Positions 34,453 through 45,029 of a stretch of DNA of 63,993 nt are shown one piece after another (position 1 is the first letter of the stretch; the number at the start of each line of letters is the position of its first letter). The stretch comes from an uncultured virus (IMG/VR IMGVR_UViG_3300046499_000512). Lineage: Duplodnaviria; Heunggongvirae; Uroviricota; Caudoviricetes. The DNA is taken from IMG/VR virus record IMGVR_UViG_3300046499_000512. One strand, 5' to 3'. Under the pieces are notes generated by a model that searched no databases, was not told the DNA's origin, and saw only the letters and a list, made by a program, of their open reading frames with translations. The translations under genes were made by a program, and so were the position numbers.

Positions 34453-35519
34453 CAGTTGACCCTTTCCCAGAACCAGCCGTACACCGAGACCGCGTTGAGC
34501 GGGCTGGAGGCGCTCCACTGGACCGTCAGCGAGGCGGAGGTAGCCGTCGTGGTGTCCCGGGTGATCTCGGCGGAGCCGTCGCAGCGGACGGACGCGCCGG
34601 AGGTCGTCAGAGCCGTCGAACTGGTCATCAGGGAGTGCGAGGTCAGGTTGCCGAACCAGGTACCGCTGGACCCGGTGGACGTGATCGTCACACAGGCCGT
34701 GAGCTGCCAGGTCCGTGTGGCCGAGGCCGCGTTCGTGGCCGCCGTGTACCAGTTGGAACCCATGATCGTTCCGGTCACACCGCCCAGGCGGAACCGGAAG
34801 GCCAGGTCGGGTGTCGAGTTGAGCAGCACGGACGTGGTGCCGTAGGCCGTGAGCCGGAACGTCGTCCCTGCGGGCATGTTGGCCGGGATCGGCACATTGA
34901 TCAGTTCGACCTCGGACACCGTCCAGGACATGCCGACCGCCGGGCCGGAGGTACCCCGGTTGGTGGCGTAGCTGGCGTTGAACCAACCTGCCAGCGCCGT
35001 GTTGTAGACCTGCTCCGCGCGGATGTCCAGCCGGTAGCAGCGGTCGCCTTCCTGCGGGGAGGGGAACGCGGCGTCCCGGGCCGACTGGGAGGAGAACCGG
35101 GGCAGAACCAGCGGGTCCAGCTTGTTCGCCAGGGCCTGCTCCAGGGGATCGGCCGCGCTGTAGGGCAAGGCTGCCTTGGTGGTCGTGGAGGCCCCGGCAG
35201 CGTCGGCGGCCCGCTGCGTCGTGATGACGCGCGCGGCTGTGAGGTCGACCGCCTTGGGCGACAGAGCCCAGCGGACCGCGCCTCCGCCGAAGTCCAGCCA
35301 CACGACCCCGATGTAGTTGTCGGGGCCGTAGAAGACGGCCTGGCCGTAGCCGTCGGTGACGACGGAGGTGACGGCTGCCCCGGAGATGTTCTGGAGGTCC
35401 GTTATCCGTGTGCCGCCGGTTCGGGCGTCGTACACGGAGGCGGTGGAGTTGGCGTAGGGGGCGCCGGACATCTGGATAATGTCCCCGTCGCCGCCTCCGC
35501 CGTATATGAAACGCGTCAT
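34452..35519 (-). CDS. Tail fibre / receptor-binding protein B
   Basis: Paralogous N-terminus, different Thr/Ser-rich C-terminus. Confidence 0.75.
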   Translation of the reverse strand: MTRFIYGGGGDGDIIQMSGAPYANSTASVYDARTGGTRITDLQNISGAAVTSVVTDGYGQAVFYGPDNYIGVVWLDFGGGAVRWALSPKAVDLTAARVITTQRAADAAGASTTTKAALPYSAADPLEQALANKLDPLVLPRFSSQSARDAAFPSPQEGDRCYRLDIRAEQVYNTALAGWFNASYATNRGTSGPAVGMSWTVSEVELINVPIPANMPAGTTFRLTAYGTTSVLLNSTPDLAFRFRLGGVTGTIMGSNWYTAATNAASATRTWQLTACVTITSTGSSGTWFGNLTSHSLMTSSTALTTSGASVRCDGSAEITRDTTTATSASLTVQWSASSPLNAVSVYGWFWERVN

Positions 35520-35532
35520 CGGTCAGATCTCC

Positions 35533-36171
35533 CTATGCGCCCGGCAGCACGAGACCGTCGAGGCCGACCCAGGACGTCTGTACGCCACTTCCCATGAACA
35601 CGACGATGTTTCCGCTGGCCGTGACGGAGATCTTGGCGGTTCCGGGAGGTGAACTCGTACCGGATACCGAGATGGTGGAGGCACCCTCGTAGAAGGGCTG
35701 GACGCTACTGACGGCGACTGCTGCCGGGAGGGTTCCGAGCGTGGTATTGCTCGGAATGTTCGAGCTGTTTATGGTGCCGATGTTTCCCCAGAGTGCCCAC
35801 GTATTCGCCCCCGAGTTGTAGACGGCGATGGGGTTCTTGCCGTTGGCGGCCTGGAAGCCGTCGGACAGGTTGATGGCGACGGGGACCGGGGCGACGGGGG
35901 CGGTCCAGACGGCCGACCAGACGGACGTTCCGACGTCGGAGGTCTTCACGTATACACCGGTCACCACGGTTGTGCCGCTGTTGCGGACCACGCAGATGAC
36001 GCCTGACGGGGCGTTGAAGAACTTGCTGTCCCGGTCGGCTGTCGAGGTGGCCGCGAGGACTAATCGTCCGTCCATGGCGGCCACTAACTGGGATAACCAG
36101 TAGGGCACGTCGTTGGTCCCGGCACTGTCCGGTATCGGTAGTCCCGAGAATGCGCTGTACGTTGCTCCCAC
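35533..36171 (-). CDS. Minor tail protein; 3 TTA
   Basis: Position and composition. Confidence 0.7.
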   Translation of the reverse strand: MGATYSAFSGLPIPDSAGTNDVPYWLSQLVAAMDGRLVLAATSTADRDSKFFNAPSGVICVVRNSGTTVVTGVYVKTSDVGTSVWSAVWTAPVAPVPVAINLSDGFQAANGKNPIAVYNSGANTWALWGNIGTINSSNIPSNTTLGTLPAAVAVSSVQPFYEGASTISVSGTSSPPGTAKISVTASGNIVVFMGSGVQTSWVGLDGLVLPGA

Positions 36172-36208
36172 GGATTTCCCCTCCTTTACTGTCGATCAAC
36201 TATACCGA

Positions 36209-36970
36209 CTAAATCGCCCGGAAACCGCCCGAGACCTTGCTGAAAATCACGTAGCTGGCGTTCGCCGTGGTCAGGGTTGTGGGCTGTATCGCGAAGCCCT
36301 TGATGGTGGGTGTGACCGCCGTAATAGCCGTCCACCAGTCTGCCGGGATGGGGATAGTGCGAACCTCGCCCACTTCCAGTCGGAAGAACACGGGGCTGAA
36401 GGAATTCGTTCCCAGCGTGAGTACGGTCGGGAGCGCGTTGAAGTTGTGCGGGCACAGTTGTAATTCGACGGCTTCCCGCTGACCGTGCAGGACGCTGTTG
36501 CGGGCGACGGTGACGGTCATGGACGTCTTGGTCGTGCCGTTCGCGGGAAGGGCGTTCGTGGTGCCGTTGTAGTACGACCAGGCCAGCATGCCGGGACTGT
36601 CGCCGGGGGCGTCCGTGACGCCCACGTAGCCCTCGTAGCCAGGGTCGGAGGAGCCCCGGGCGCGCATGGTCTTCATGTCGTAGACGGCCCAGCCGTTGTT
36701 CTGGGTCGCGGGGGCGAGCCAACTGGAGTCGGTACCGCCGATGCGGCCGACGACCAGCCAGGCGTTGCGGCCGAGGTCCAGTACCTGCACCACGTCGCCG
36801 ATCCTGCGGTTGGTGTAGGACGCCAGGCAGGGGACGCCGAAGATCTGCGCGGTTCCGTAGCGCAGGTTGACCATGCCGTCTTCGCGGTAGGCCGAGACCG
36901 TGGCGCGGAGTGTGCGGACGCCGCTGTCGTTGGCGGTGAGCTTGGCGAGGAGGTTCGCGGCATCAGACAT
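36209..36970 (-). CDS. Minor tail protein
   Basis: OB-like N-terminus (PCLASY...GDVV); RBS CAGGAG. Confidence 0.7.
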   Translation of the reverse strand: MSDAANLLAKLTANDSGVRTLRATVSAYREDGMVNLRYGTAQIFGVPCLASYTNRRIGDVVQVLDLGRNAWLVVGRIGGTDSSWLAPATQNNGWAVYDMKTMRARGSSDPGYEGYVGVTDAPGDSPGMLAWSYYNGTTNALPANGTTKTSMTVTVARNSVLHGQREAVELQLCPHNFNALPTVLTLGTNSFSPVFFRLEVGEVRTIPIPADWWTAITAVTPTIKGFAIQPTTLTTANASYVIFSKVSGGFRAI

Positions 36971-38111
36971 GGACGGTGATCTCCTGCTTCGTGCTGCGGG
37001 TCGTGTAGGAGACGGCTCCGGAGCCCCACGTGTAGCTGATGGCGTCCACGAGGTGGCGTTCCTGGCGGCCGTCGAGGCGGCTGACCACGATGACGTCTCC
37101 GGCTTCCTGGGCGGGGTGGTAGCGGCCGGTGAGGCTGAGGGTCTTGGACTCGCCCACGAGGTCATCGAGGATGGCCTTGCCGACTCGCCACGCCTGCTGG
37201 TCGTTGACGATCAGCGGGGAGTCGTACCGGTAGGGCTTCACTCCGAAGTGCCCGGCCAGTTCCGGGTGGTTGATGGGGTCGGGGCCTGCGTAGGTCTTGG
37301 AGGCGGGGTCGTCGTCCCATACGAAGATCGGGCCGATCGGGGCGGATCCGTCTGCTGCTGCGCCGGTGATGGATACCAGGTTGTAGACGTTGGCCCGGTC
37401 GTAGGCGAACGCTGATGCGATCTTGGTCCTTGTGCCCTCCAGGACGGTCCACACGGGGTCGTCTGCCAGAGAAGGTCGCCGGACAAAGGCGAAGGCTCCG
37501 GAGGCGTCACAGAGGGCGTCAGCGCCCAGCGCGGTGGCAATGGAGGCGTCGCTCGCCGTGCCGTGCACGACCGACCAGCGGTCCGTGTCCACGGTCATGG
37601 CCACCATCGCGGCGGTGGAGGCCAGCCGGGAGTCCCAGGTGAACCGGGCGTCCGGGACAGCCTCTGTGATCAGCTTCTCCGCCTGCCTGCGGTACGTCGA
37701 GTACCGGTTGTCCGGCAGGTTCCTTGCCACAGGGAACTGTGCGTCGATGACGTCCTGCTCGAAGGAGATTCCGTCGATCGTCAGGTTGTTGACGCTCTCC
37801 GTGATCGCGGTGACGGAGTACAGGCCTGCCGGGATGTACTCGGGGGAGGATCCGAGGAAGCTCACGGCCATCCGCAGGCGCAGACGGCAGCCGTACGGGT
37901 GGATTCCTTCGTATCCGACGGTGACCGTCTTGGCGATGGTGGCGCCCAGCGCCCAGCGGGCTGTGCTGGTGCGGTCCTGCGTGTGGCTCCCGGAGATGAT
38001 CTCCAGCGGGTACCAGTTCTTCCAGTCCGGGGACCAGTCCAGGACCGGCTGGATCTGTAAGGCCGTGCCGTCGGACAGGGCCCGCGTGAGGCGCTCGGAG
38101 TGGGTGAGCAT
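36963..38111 (-). CDS. Minor tail protein (DUF5047-like baseplate hub)
   Basis: Position after Dit-like gene; YNLV...G, FG.KP..YDSPLI. Confidence 0.75.
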   Translation of the reverse strand: MLTHSERLTRALSDGTALQIQPVLDWSPDWKNWYPLEIISGSHTQDRTSTARWALGATIAKTVTVGYEGIHPYGCRLRLRMAVSFLGSSPEYIPAGLYSVTAITESVNNLTIDGISFEQDVIDAQFPVARNLPDNRYSTYRRQAEKLITEAVPDARFTWDSRLASTAAMVAMTVDTDRWSVVHGTASDASIATALGADALCDASGAFAFVRRPSLADDPVWTVLEGTRTKIASAFAYDRANVYNLVSITGAAADGSAPIGPIFVWDDDPASKTYAGPDPINHPELAGHFGVKPYRYDSPLIVNDQQAWRVGKAILDDLVGESKTLSLTGRYHPAQEAGDVIVVSRLDGRQERHLVDAISYTWGSGAVSYTTRSTKQEITVHV

Positions 38112-39451
38112 CAGATGTTCTCCATGCTCACCGCGTCAAAGTAGGCCTGCTGGCCCGCTGCTGTCGCCGTGACGACGACGTTGCAGATGGCTAAGGACGT
38201 CCCGGGCGGGGGCGTCACCGACAGAACGACCTTCGTCCAGGTCAGGGGGGTCAGGGTGACGGTGCGGCCCCACTCCGACAGGGAGTCCGTGGTGAGGTAG
38301 TTGCCTGCCCCGTCCAGCCAGTCGACCAGCAGGTCGGTTACCAGTCCGGTGGCCGAGTTCACCCACATCGAGTAGGTGTAGGTGAGGCCCGGGGTCACCC
38401 GGTACTGCGGGATGCCGGTGGCGCCGATCAGTCCGGCGGCGGTCGCGGTGAGACGGCGGGAGTAGGCGCCCCGGAACGGCAGGGCGGTGGTGCGCAGGAT
38501 CGTCGTGTTGCCGTTGTAGGAGTTCCAGCCGTTGCCGGGGGCGGAGCCGGACTCGCCCTCGGAGGTGTAGGCGTCCATCATGTTGCCGCCCTGGATGGCA
38601 TCGAACGGCAGCGGCAGCAGGTCGGAGAACAGGGGGGCCTGCGCGGTGGACGCGGCGAACGTGAAGGTCGGGGTCGCCACGGTCTGCCCGTAGGTGTTGG
38701 GGCGGCTGACCTCGATGAGTCCCAACTGCCACAGGTACACGCCCCGGCCGGTGCTCGCGGACTGCGCGGCGTAGGAGACGTCGTCCACGGTGAAATAGCC
38801 GTCGGGGCGTTCCCACAGCGACGACTTGCGCATGATCACGGTCTGGTTCAGCAGCTTCTGCATGGCGAGGAATTCGGCCTGGCCCACCGTCAGCACGGAT
38901 ATGGACGTGCCCAGTCCGTTGCGGGTGTCCGGGGTGACTACGGGGTAGGGGCTGCCCAGGACGGTCTGCTTGTCGTTGCGGCCGTTGTAGCTGCCGCCCA
39001 GCGTGGACGTGCCCCGGGCCTGGATGGAGGCGCTGGGGTCTTCCAGGTTGACCAGCCACATGTCGGGGGACATGTAGCCGCCTGTCGGGGCGGAGGTGGT
39101 GATGGCCGCCGAGGCGGACTGCTGCGCGAGGGCGCCCGTCGAGTCGACCGGGACCGCGTAGTAGGAGACCGCCTGTCCCAGGGGGGCTTCCTGGTCGTAC
39201 AGCCAGCCCTTGCCCGAGTAGTTCAGGTAGGGGTCTCCCCCGCGCACGGTGTGCACAGTGCCGTCCGCGTTCTCCCGGTAGACGGTGCACCGGAATGGGC
39301 TGGACCAGGAGGACAGGTCCAGGCTGTAGTCGAGCTTGATCCGGACGCCGCCGAACTTGGGGTCGTCAATCGCCCGGACCCGTCCGTCGAAAGAGGTCGC
39401 ATCAACCGTCGTGGACGAAACCGGGGAGGCTACAGGGACTACAACCGGCAT
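38111..39451 (-). CDS. Distal tail-like protein with C-terminal carbohydrate-binding module
   Basis: Follows tape measure; VRGG...YDQEAPLG motif; VTPGLTYTYSMWV CBM-like end. Confidence 0.7.
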   Translation of the reverse strand: MPVVVPVASPVSSTTVDATSFDGRVRAIDDPKFGGVRIKLDYSLDLSSWSSPFRCTVYRENADGTVHTVRGGDPYLNYSGKGWLYDQEAPLGQAVSYYAVPVDSTGALAQQSASAAITTSAPTGGYMSPDMWLVNLEDPSASIQARGTSTLGGSYNGRNDKQTVLGSPYPVVTPDTRNGLGTSISVLTVGQAEFLAMQKLLNQTVIMRKSSLWERPDGYFTVDDVSYAAQSASTGRGVYLWQLGLIEVSRPNTYGQTVATPTFTFAASTAQAPLFSDLLPLPFDAIQGGNMMDAYTSEGESGSAPGNGWNSYNGNTTILRTTALPFRGAYSRRLTATAAGLIGATGIPQYRVTPGLTYTYSMWVNSATGLVTDLLVDWLDGAGNYLTTDSLSEWGRTVTLTPLTWTKVVLSVTPPPGTSLAICNVVVTATAAGQQAYFDAVSMENI

Positions 39452-39452
39452 G

Positions 39453-42400
39453 TCACTTCTTCTTTCCTGCAACCGCCACGATCTCGGACACCTTTTCCTC
39501 CACGACCTTTTCCGTGTGGGCCCGGAACTTCTTGCCGTCGATGTTCACCATAATGGTATGCGGTGCGGTGACCGTTATCTTTGCCCCGGCCAGAGCCTTC
39601 GACTGCTTCTTCAGCGTGCTCAGTCCGAAGCCGTCGTCGGCGGCGGAATCCGCGTACTTCCCGGAAACCGTTTCCAGCTCCTTGTACGTGTCATTGAGCT
39701 TTTTCAGGTCGGCGGACGAAGAGGAGCGGGCCAGGGACTGGGCGAGCTGCCCGCCCTGCTCCGGACCCATGGCCGCGATCTGCTGGATGAGGGCCTGGGA
39801 CATGCCGAGCTTGGCCAGCGTGTGAAGGTTGACCTGGAAGTCCTTGATGGCCTTGATCTTCGCCTGGAGCTGCTGCGTGAACCCGGCGGCCCGGTTGCCG
39901 GACAGACCCGACAGGGCGCCGGTCTGCATCGCGGCGTCCTTGTAGGAGTTCCGGGCGTCGGTCGCAACGGCGATCTTCGCGTCGATCGCAGCCTTCTTGC
40001 CCGCAATGTAATCCTGGGCCGCCTTGCGCTCCTTCGAGATTTCCGCGTCCCGGGCCTTTTTCTTTGCGGCGGCGAGAGTCGCAGCGTCCTTGCGCTCCTG
40101 CTCCACAGCCTTCGAGGCGTTCTTGTAACGCTTCTCGTTCAGCTTGATCAGCTTGGTGTCGGAAGCTATTTCCTTGTTGGCCTTGTCGATCTGCTTGTCG
40201 TACTTGGCCATTTCCTTCTTTGCGGCGGCCTGCTCCTTGGCGGTCGTCGCGTGCAGGTACTTCGTGTGCGCGGCGTCGTACTTCTTCTGCGCCGCGTCAC
40301 GACGGGCCCTGTCCCTGTCGCGCTCTTCGAAGGCCTCGCGGACGACGTGGCGCTGGTGCCGGGTGCCGGTGCCCGAGGCGTACCCGTGCAGGCTGCCCAT
40401 GGAGGCCATGTGCAGGGAGTCCTTGTGGTTGTAGACGGTCTCCCCGCCGTGGAAGTTGACCAGCTCGGGGCCGCGTTCGCCGACCCAGGCCAGGCCGGAG
40501 GCGGCTCCGTTGGTACCCGTCCAGTAGCCCTTCGGGGCCTTGTTGGCGTTGGCCTGCTGAACGTTGTTGATGTTGCCGTACCTCGCCACGATGTACCTGA
40601 TCGCGGCCGCTACGTTGGCGACGGGGTCGGTGATGGAGCGGTCGGCGAGGGCCGCCGGGACGTAGGCGTGGAACGTGCCCGGGATCGTCTGCGCGAGGCC
40701 CTGGGACGGGTGCCCTGCCTTGGCGTTGGAGTCGGTCAAGTTGATCGCGTTCGAGTTCCAGCCGCTCTCGCGCGTGATCAACGTGTTGAGACCGGCCTGC
40801 CAGGCGCCCTTGGTCCCGGGCGGGGGGACGTTGGCGTACCGCATGGCCGCGTTGATGATGGCCAGGTGGCGTCCCTCGGGGATCTTCCCGCCGACGGCCA
40901 GGGCCTTCTTGTCCTCGCGGTTGACCCAGCCCTTGATGTCCTCCAGCGGCTTTTTCATGACGCCGCCTGCGAGGTTGCTCCAGGCGCCGCTGCCCGGGAC
41001 GATCTTGTCGATGGCGCCTTCGGCCTTGTTGATGACCGGGTTGACGATGGCAGCCAGCGCGCCGAGCGCGGCGTCTTCCAGGGCGTCCAGGCCCTTGTTC
41101 GCTGCGTTCTTGAGGCCGTCGCCCACGTCCGAGATCCAGCCGCCCACGCCGAACCGGCCCGTGGTGTTGGCGCCCATGACGGGGCGTCCGCCGTGCAGGG
41201 AGGACCGGAACGCCTGGACGGCGTGGTGACCGCCCATGGCCGCGACGTCCTCGCGGGTGAACACGTGCTCGTCCGGCATCAGGACCGCGTTGACGGAGTC
41301 CTTGCCCGGACGGGATCCGGCGGTGTGCGGGACGGGGCCACCGGCTGCGAAGTGGGGGATCTTGTCGGTGTTGATCTTGCCCAGCGGGTTGTCCTGGTGG
41401 ACGAAGCTGGAGATCTTGTCCATGATCTTCCAGATGGCGTCATTCCAGACATACTTCGCAACCCAGTAGATCGGGGTACCAATCGCCTTCTTGACGTTGT
41501 CCCAGACCTTCTGAATGCCCTTCCACGCCGAATCGAAGGCCTCAACCAGGCCCTTCTTCATCGTCGTTCCCCAGCCGGGGATGGTCTTGGTGAAGAACGT
41601 GCCCATCGGGGAGAACACGTTGTTCTTGATGGCCCGCCACTTGTCCCCGATCCAGTCCTGGATGCTCTGGAACACCGGCTTGATGGAGCCCTGCCACAGG
41701 TTCCGCGCCGCACCCGACACGGCGTCCCAGGCGGGCTTGAGGATGTGGTTGTTGACCCACTTGAAGCCGTTGGCCATCGCGCGCCAGCCGTCGCCGATCC
41801 AGCCGAAGACCGGACCCAGCGTGTGATCCCACACAGCCTTTCCTGCCGAGGCGAAGGCGTCCCAGGCAGGCTTCAGGATGTGGCCGACGACCCACTTGAA
41901 GCCCGTCCCCAGGGCGTGCCAGCCGTCCGAGATCCAGCCCAGCACGGGCTTGATCCCGAACACCCACAGCGCCTTGATCGCGGCCTCGAACAGGATGAAG
42001 ATGACCTTGAAAATCGTTTCGTGGACCTTCCACCACACCTTGGCCACGGTCACGAACGCGTCACCGATGGCGACGAAGACCGGCTTGATGTAGCCCCACA
42101 GCCACGCGGCCCCGGCGACGATGGCGCTCCAGACGCCCTTGATCGTCCCCCAGACCTTGGTCCAGTTGGCAGCGATCCAGGCGATGGCACCGATCGGGCC
42201 GAGCAGGAGCGCGAGCAGGCCGAACTTGCCCCGCAGGAACTCCACCGTGGCGTTGAAAGCAGTTTTGATCCCGCCCCACACCATGTGCCAAAGCTGCTGG
42301 AACCAGGTGGTCTTCGTCGCGATGATCACAATGACCGCGACCAGTGCCACGATGCCCGCGATGATCACACCGAGCGGGCTGAGACCCCACGCGATCGTCA

Positions 42401-44213
42401 GAGCGATCCAGGCCGTCTCCATGGCACCGATCACACCAACCAGGACGTCCCAGACCACCACGGCCGCGTTCCAGCCGATGATCGCCAGCTTCCACGCGAT
42501 CATCGCGTCCGCGATCAGCCGGATCGTGCCCGGCGGCAGCGCGTTGACGATGTCCACGATGGCCTTGCTGGTGATCCCGATGACCGGGGCCAGCGCGACC
42601 GCCACATCGGCGATCGACTGGAAGATCTCGCCGAAAGCCTTGATCGCAGCAGGCTGGACCTGGCCGACCGCGTCCGCGATACCGCCGATGACCTTCGCGA
42701 GAGCGTCACCGTTGGTCTGGCCGGTGCCGGAGAGGATGTCCCAGACGTGCTGTGTCAGCCTCACCAGACCGGACAGGATCGGCCGGACCTGCGCCCAGGC
42801 CCGCTTCACGGACTCCTTGAAGCGCTCGGCGCCGCCGTTCTTGCCCCACTTGTCGGCGGCCTTCCCGACGTGCCCGATGTACTCGGACATCTTCAGCGCC
42901 CACGGACCGAACGCCCGGATGATCGCGCCGCCTGCCGTGAGGAAGCCCTTGAACCCGCCGATGGTGTTCTTGAGGATCGGAACGCCGTACGTCTGCAAGA
43001 ACGTGACGAACCGGGTCAGGCCGTCCCCGCTCATCCAGTTCTTGAGAGAGTCGGCCACGTCCTGGACGACCGGCGCCAAGTCCTTGACCAGCGGAATGAA
43101 CTTGGGCAGGGCGGCAGCAGCGCCCTGGATGACCGTGGTCACCGGGGCCAGCGTGTACTTGCTGGTCGCGCCGATGAACGACTGCCAGGCACCCTTCGTC
43201 TGCTCGATGGAGGCGTTGAACTTCTTCTCCGCCGGGGTGAGGTCGTCAATGGCCTTCTTGTGGGCCTTCTCCGCCTCCGTGACGTCCTTCAGCGCCTTCT
43301 TGTACGCCTCGGTACCCGCCGTGGTCCCGGCGAGGCGTTCCTGGGCCTTCTCCAGGGCGATCTGGGTCAGGTCGACGGCCTTCGCGTGGGCTGTGGCCTG
43401 CTTGACCGCACCCACGGTGGCCATGCCGTAGATGCCCAGCGCACCACCAGCCGCGACACCGAACGAGGCCACGGCTGCTGTCGCGCCGCCCAGCAGGGTC
43501 GTCAGTGCGGGGAGCTGCGGGAGAACCGAGGCGATGAGCCCTGGAAGGCTGACAAGCGCCCCCAGGTGCAGATTGAGGGGGTCCTTGATCTTCCGGTTGC
43601 GACGGCCGCCGCTGTCGTCGTCATCGTCGTCCGGGTCGCCGTCACCGAGGTCCGGTACATGCGGCGCATCCGGATCCGGGTCCGGGTCGTTGTTGCTCGG
43701 ACTCACCCGGGGACGGGGACCGCCGCCGGTCGTGTTGGTCCGGATCGTGATCGGCGCGGCTGCGGCGGCCCGAAGGGCGGCGAGAGAGGCAGCGGCGGCG
43801 GCCGTGTCCACGTCGGCGTGAATCGTGATCGTCCGCATGTTCATCGCGGTGATCTCGGCGTCTAACAGAGCGAGTGTGGCGCGGGCGGCAGTGTCATCGA
43901 TCTGGGCACGGATGTTGATCGACGTGGCGTTTAATCGGTCTGCCTGGCCCTGTAACGCGGTGAGCTGGGTGGCTAAGCTGTCGTAGCCCGATAACGCTGC
44001 CGTCACGGAGATGTTCCGTAAGCTGGCTAACTCGTCCTTTAACGCACGGAGTTTGGCCTTGGCCTCCGTGTCGTCCAGGTCGATCTTCGGGCTGTACTTC
44101 GTCTTCTGGAACTCTTCGGCGTCCTTCTTTGCCTGGTTGAGTTCCCGGTTGAAGTCGGACCGGTCCAGCTTGAGGGACGCCTCGATCGAACCGGCATTGT
44201 AAGCTCCCGCCAC
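39453..44213 (-). CDS. Tape measure protein with lytic transglycosylase domain
   Basis: 1586 aa, W-rich amphipathic repeats, RESGWN...SQGLAQTIPGTF...AIRYI SLT motif. Confidence 0.95.
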   Translation of the reverse strand: MAGAYNAGSIEASLKLDRSDFNRELNQAKKDAEEFQKTKYSPKIDLDDTEAKAKLRALKDELASLRNISVTAALSGYDSLATQLTALQGQADRLNATSINIRAQIDDTAARATLALLDAEITAMNMRTITIHADVDTAAAAASLAALRAAAAAPITIRTNTTGGGPRPRVSPSNNDPDPDPDAPHVPDLGDGDPDDDDDDSGGRRNRKIKDPLNLHLGALVSLPGLIASVLPQLPALTTLLGGATAAVASFGVAAGGALGIYGMATVGAVKQATAHAKAVDLTQIALEKAQERLAGTTAGTEAYKKALKDVTEAEKAHKKAIDDLTPAEKKFNASIEQTKGAWQSFIGATSKYTLAPVTTVIQGAAAALPKFIPLVKDLAPVVQDVADSLKNWMSGDGLTRFVTFLQTYGVPILKNTIGGFKGFLTAGGAIIRAFGPWALKMSEYIGHVGKAADKWGKNGGAERFKESVKRAWAQVRPILSGLVRLTQHVWDILSGTGQTNGDALAKVIGGIADAVGQVQPAAIKAFGEIFQSIADVAVALAPVIGITSKAIVDIVNALPPGTIRLIADAMIAWKLAIIGWNAAVVVWDVLVGVIGAMETAWIALTIAWGLSPLGVIIAGIVALVAVIVIIATKTTWFQQLWHMVWGGIKTAFNATVEFLRGKFGLLALLLGPIGAIAWIAANWTKVWGTIKGVWSAIVAGAAWLWGYIKPVFVAIGDAFVTVAKVWWKVHETIFKVIFILFEAAIKALWVFGIKPVLGWISDGWHALGTGFKWVVGHILKPAWDAFASAGKAVWDHTLGPVFGWIGDGWRAMANGFKWVNNHILKPAWDAVSGAARNLWQGSIKPVFQSIQDWIGDKWRAIKNNVFSPMGTFFTKTIPGWGTTMKKGLVEAFDSAWKGIQKVWDNVKKAIGTPIYWVAKYVWNDAIWKIMDKISSFVHQDNPLGKINTDKIPHFAAGGPVPHTAGSRPGKDSVNAVLMPDEHVFTREDVAAMGGHHAVQAFRSSLHGGRPVMGANTTGRFGVGGWISDVGDGLKNAANKGLDALEDAALGALAAIVNPVINKAEGAIDKIVPGSGAWSNLAGGVMKKPLEDIKGWVNREDKKALAVGGKIPEGRHLAIINAAMRYANVPPPGTKGAWQAGLNTLITRESGWNSNAINLTDSNAKAGHPSQGLAQTIPGTFHAYVPAALADRSITDPVANVAAAIRYIVARYGNINNVQQANANKAPKGYWTGTNGAASGLAWVGERGPELVNFHGGETVYNHKDSLHMASMGSLHGYASGTGTRHQRHVVREAFEERDRDRARRDAAQKKYDAAHTKYLHATTAKEQAAAKKEMAKYDKQIDKANKEIASDTKLIKLNEKRYKNASKAVEQERKDAATLAAAKKKARDAEISKERKAAQDYIAGKKAAIDAKIAVATDARNSYKDAAMQTGALSGLSGNRAAGFTQQLQAKIKAIKDFQVNLHTLAKLGMSQALIQQIAAMGPEQGGQLAQSLARSSSSADLKKLNDTYKELETVSGKYADSAADDGFGLSTLKKQSKALAGAKITVTAPHTIMVNIDGKKFRAHTEKVVEEKVSEIVAVAGKKK

Positions 44214-44369
44214 TGGCCCGACCTTTCATCACCCTCGTGTACAGCATTGCGTTGCGGATTCCAAGATTACCTGCTAAAAGGGGCGATTAGCCATAGCCTA
44301 AAACGCTCGTGGGGCCGAAGCCTTTTACGGCTCCGGCCCCACGATCTCCACCCGGCACGGCGAGTCTTT

Positions 44370-44968
44370 TTAGGTCCCGGGAGGCATGTCGTCCCAACTG
44401 GTCAGTTCCTGTGGCTCTGACCCGCCGGAATCGCCGTCCTCGTTGTACTCCGGGTCCTCGTTTAGCTGTTCGATGTACATCCGCTGGTCGTGCCAGGGCA
44501 TGTCATCCCATTCGCGCCGGGTGATATGGAAGATTTTCAGCACCGTGTAATACAGACGGCGCTGTTCCTCTCCCCCGGTCAGGCCGTCGTAGCGCCCGTC
44601 AATTTTCCCGGGTTGAACTGCTCCTGGAGCCACTTCGAGAAGAGCACCTTGTGGCGCCACGGGAGCTGGGCCAGGGTCTCCACGGACGGGGTGTTCTTGC
44701 AGAGCTTGGCGGTCAGCGCGTCCATGCGCTTCTCCAGCTCCTCAGCGCGCTCGGAGACGCGCTCCAGGTCTTCACCCGATAACTCCTCGGGGTCGAGATC
44801 CTGGACGTCCTTGTACTCGTTGATGACCGCCATCACGGCCCGGCGGTAGCCCGCCATGGCCTGCTGGCTGGGCTCGGGAACGGTGCCCGTCGCCTCGGGG
44901 CCCTCCACGAAGCCGGTGAAGTCGTAGTCGAGGGGTTCGACCGCCGTACTTGCCTTGAAACCTGCCAT
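44370..44968 (-). CDS. Tail assembly chaperones G (44579-44968) and GT (-1 frameshift, ends 44370)
   Basis: Slippery G GGA AAA at 44609-44603; -1 frame continues GKIDGRYDG... Confidence 0.85.
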
Positions 44969-45029
44969 GGTGTTGTAGTCCTTCTCGCTGTGCCGGGTGA
45001 ATAGTTCGATCTGAGGGATCACGTGGCCC

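Noticed and set aside
33490..35519. Diversity-generating retroelement or invertible tail-fibre switch
   Set aside because: No reverse transcriptase or intact invertase, no adenine-specific TR/VR pair, and both genes are in the same orientation
39336..43865. Very long + strand ORFs (also 19419-21860, 29591-31264, 56548-60603)
   Set aside because: Antisense shadows of high-GC minus-strand genes; no RBS or motifs
44603..44609. Programmed -1 frameshift as a novelty
   Set aside because: Real, but the standard siphovirus G/GT chaperone feature
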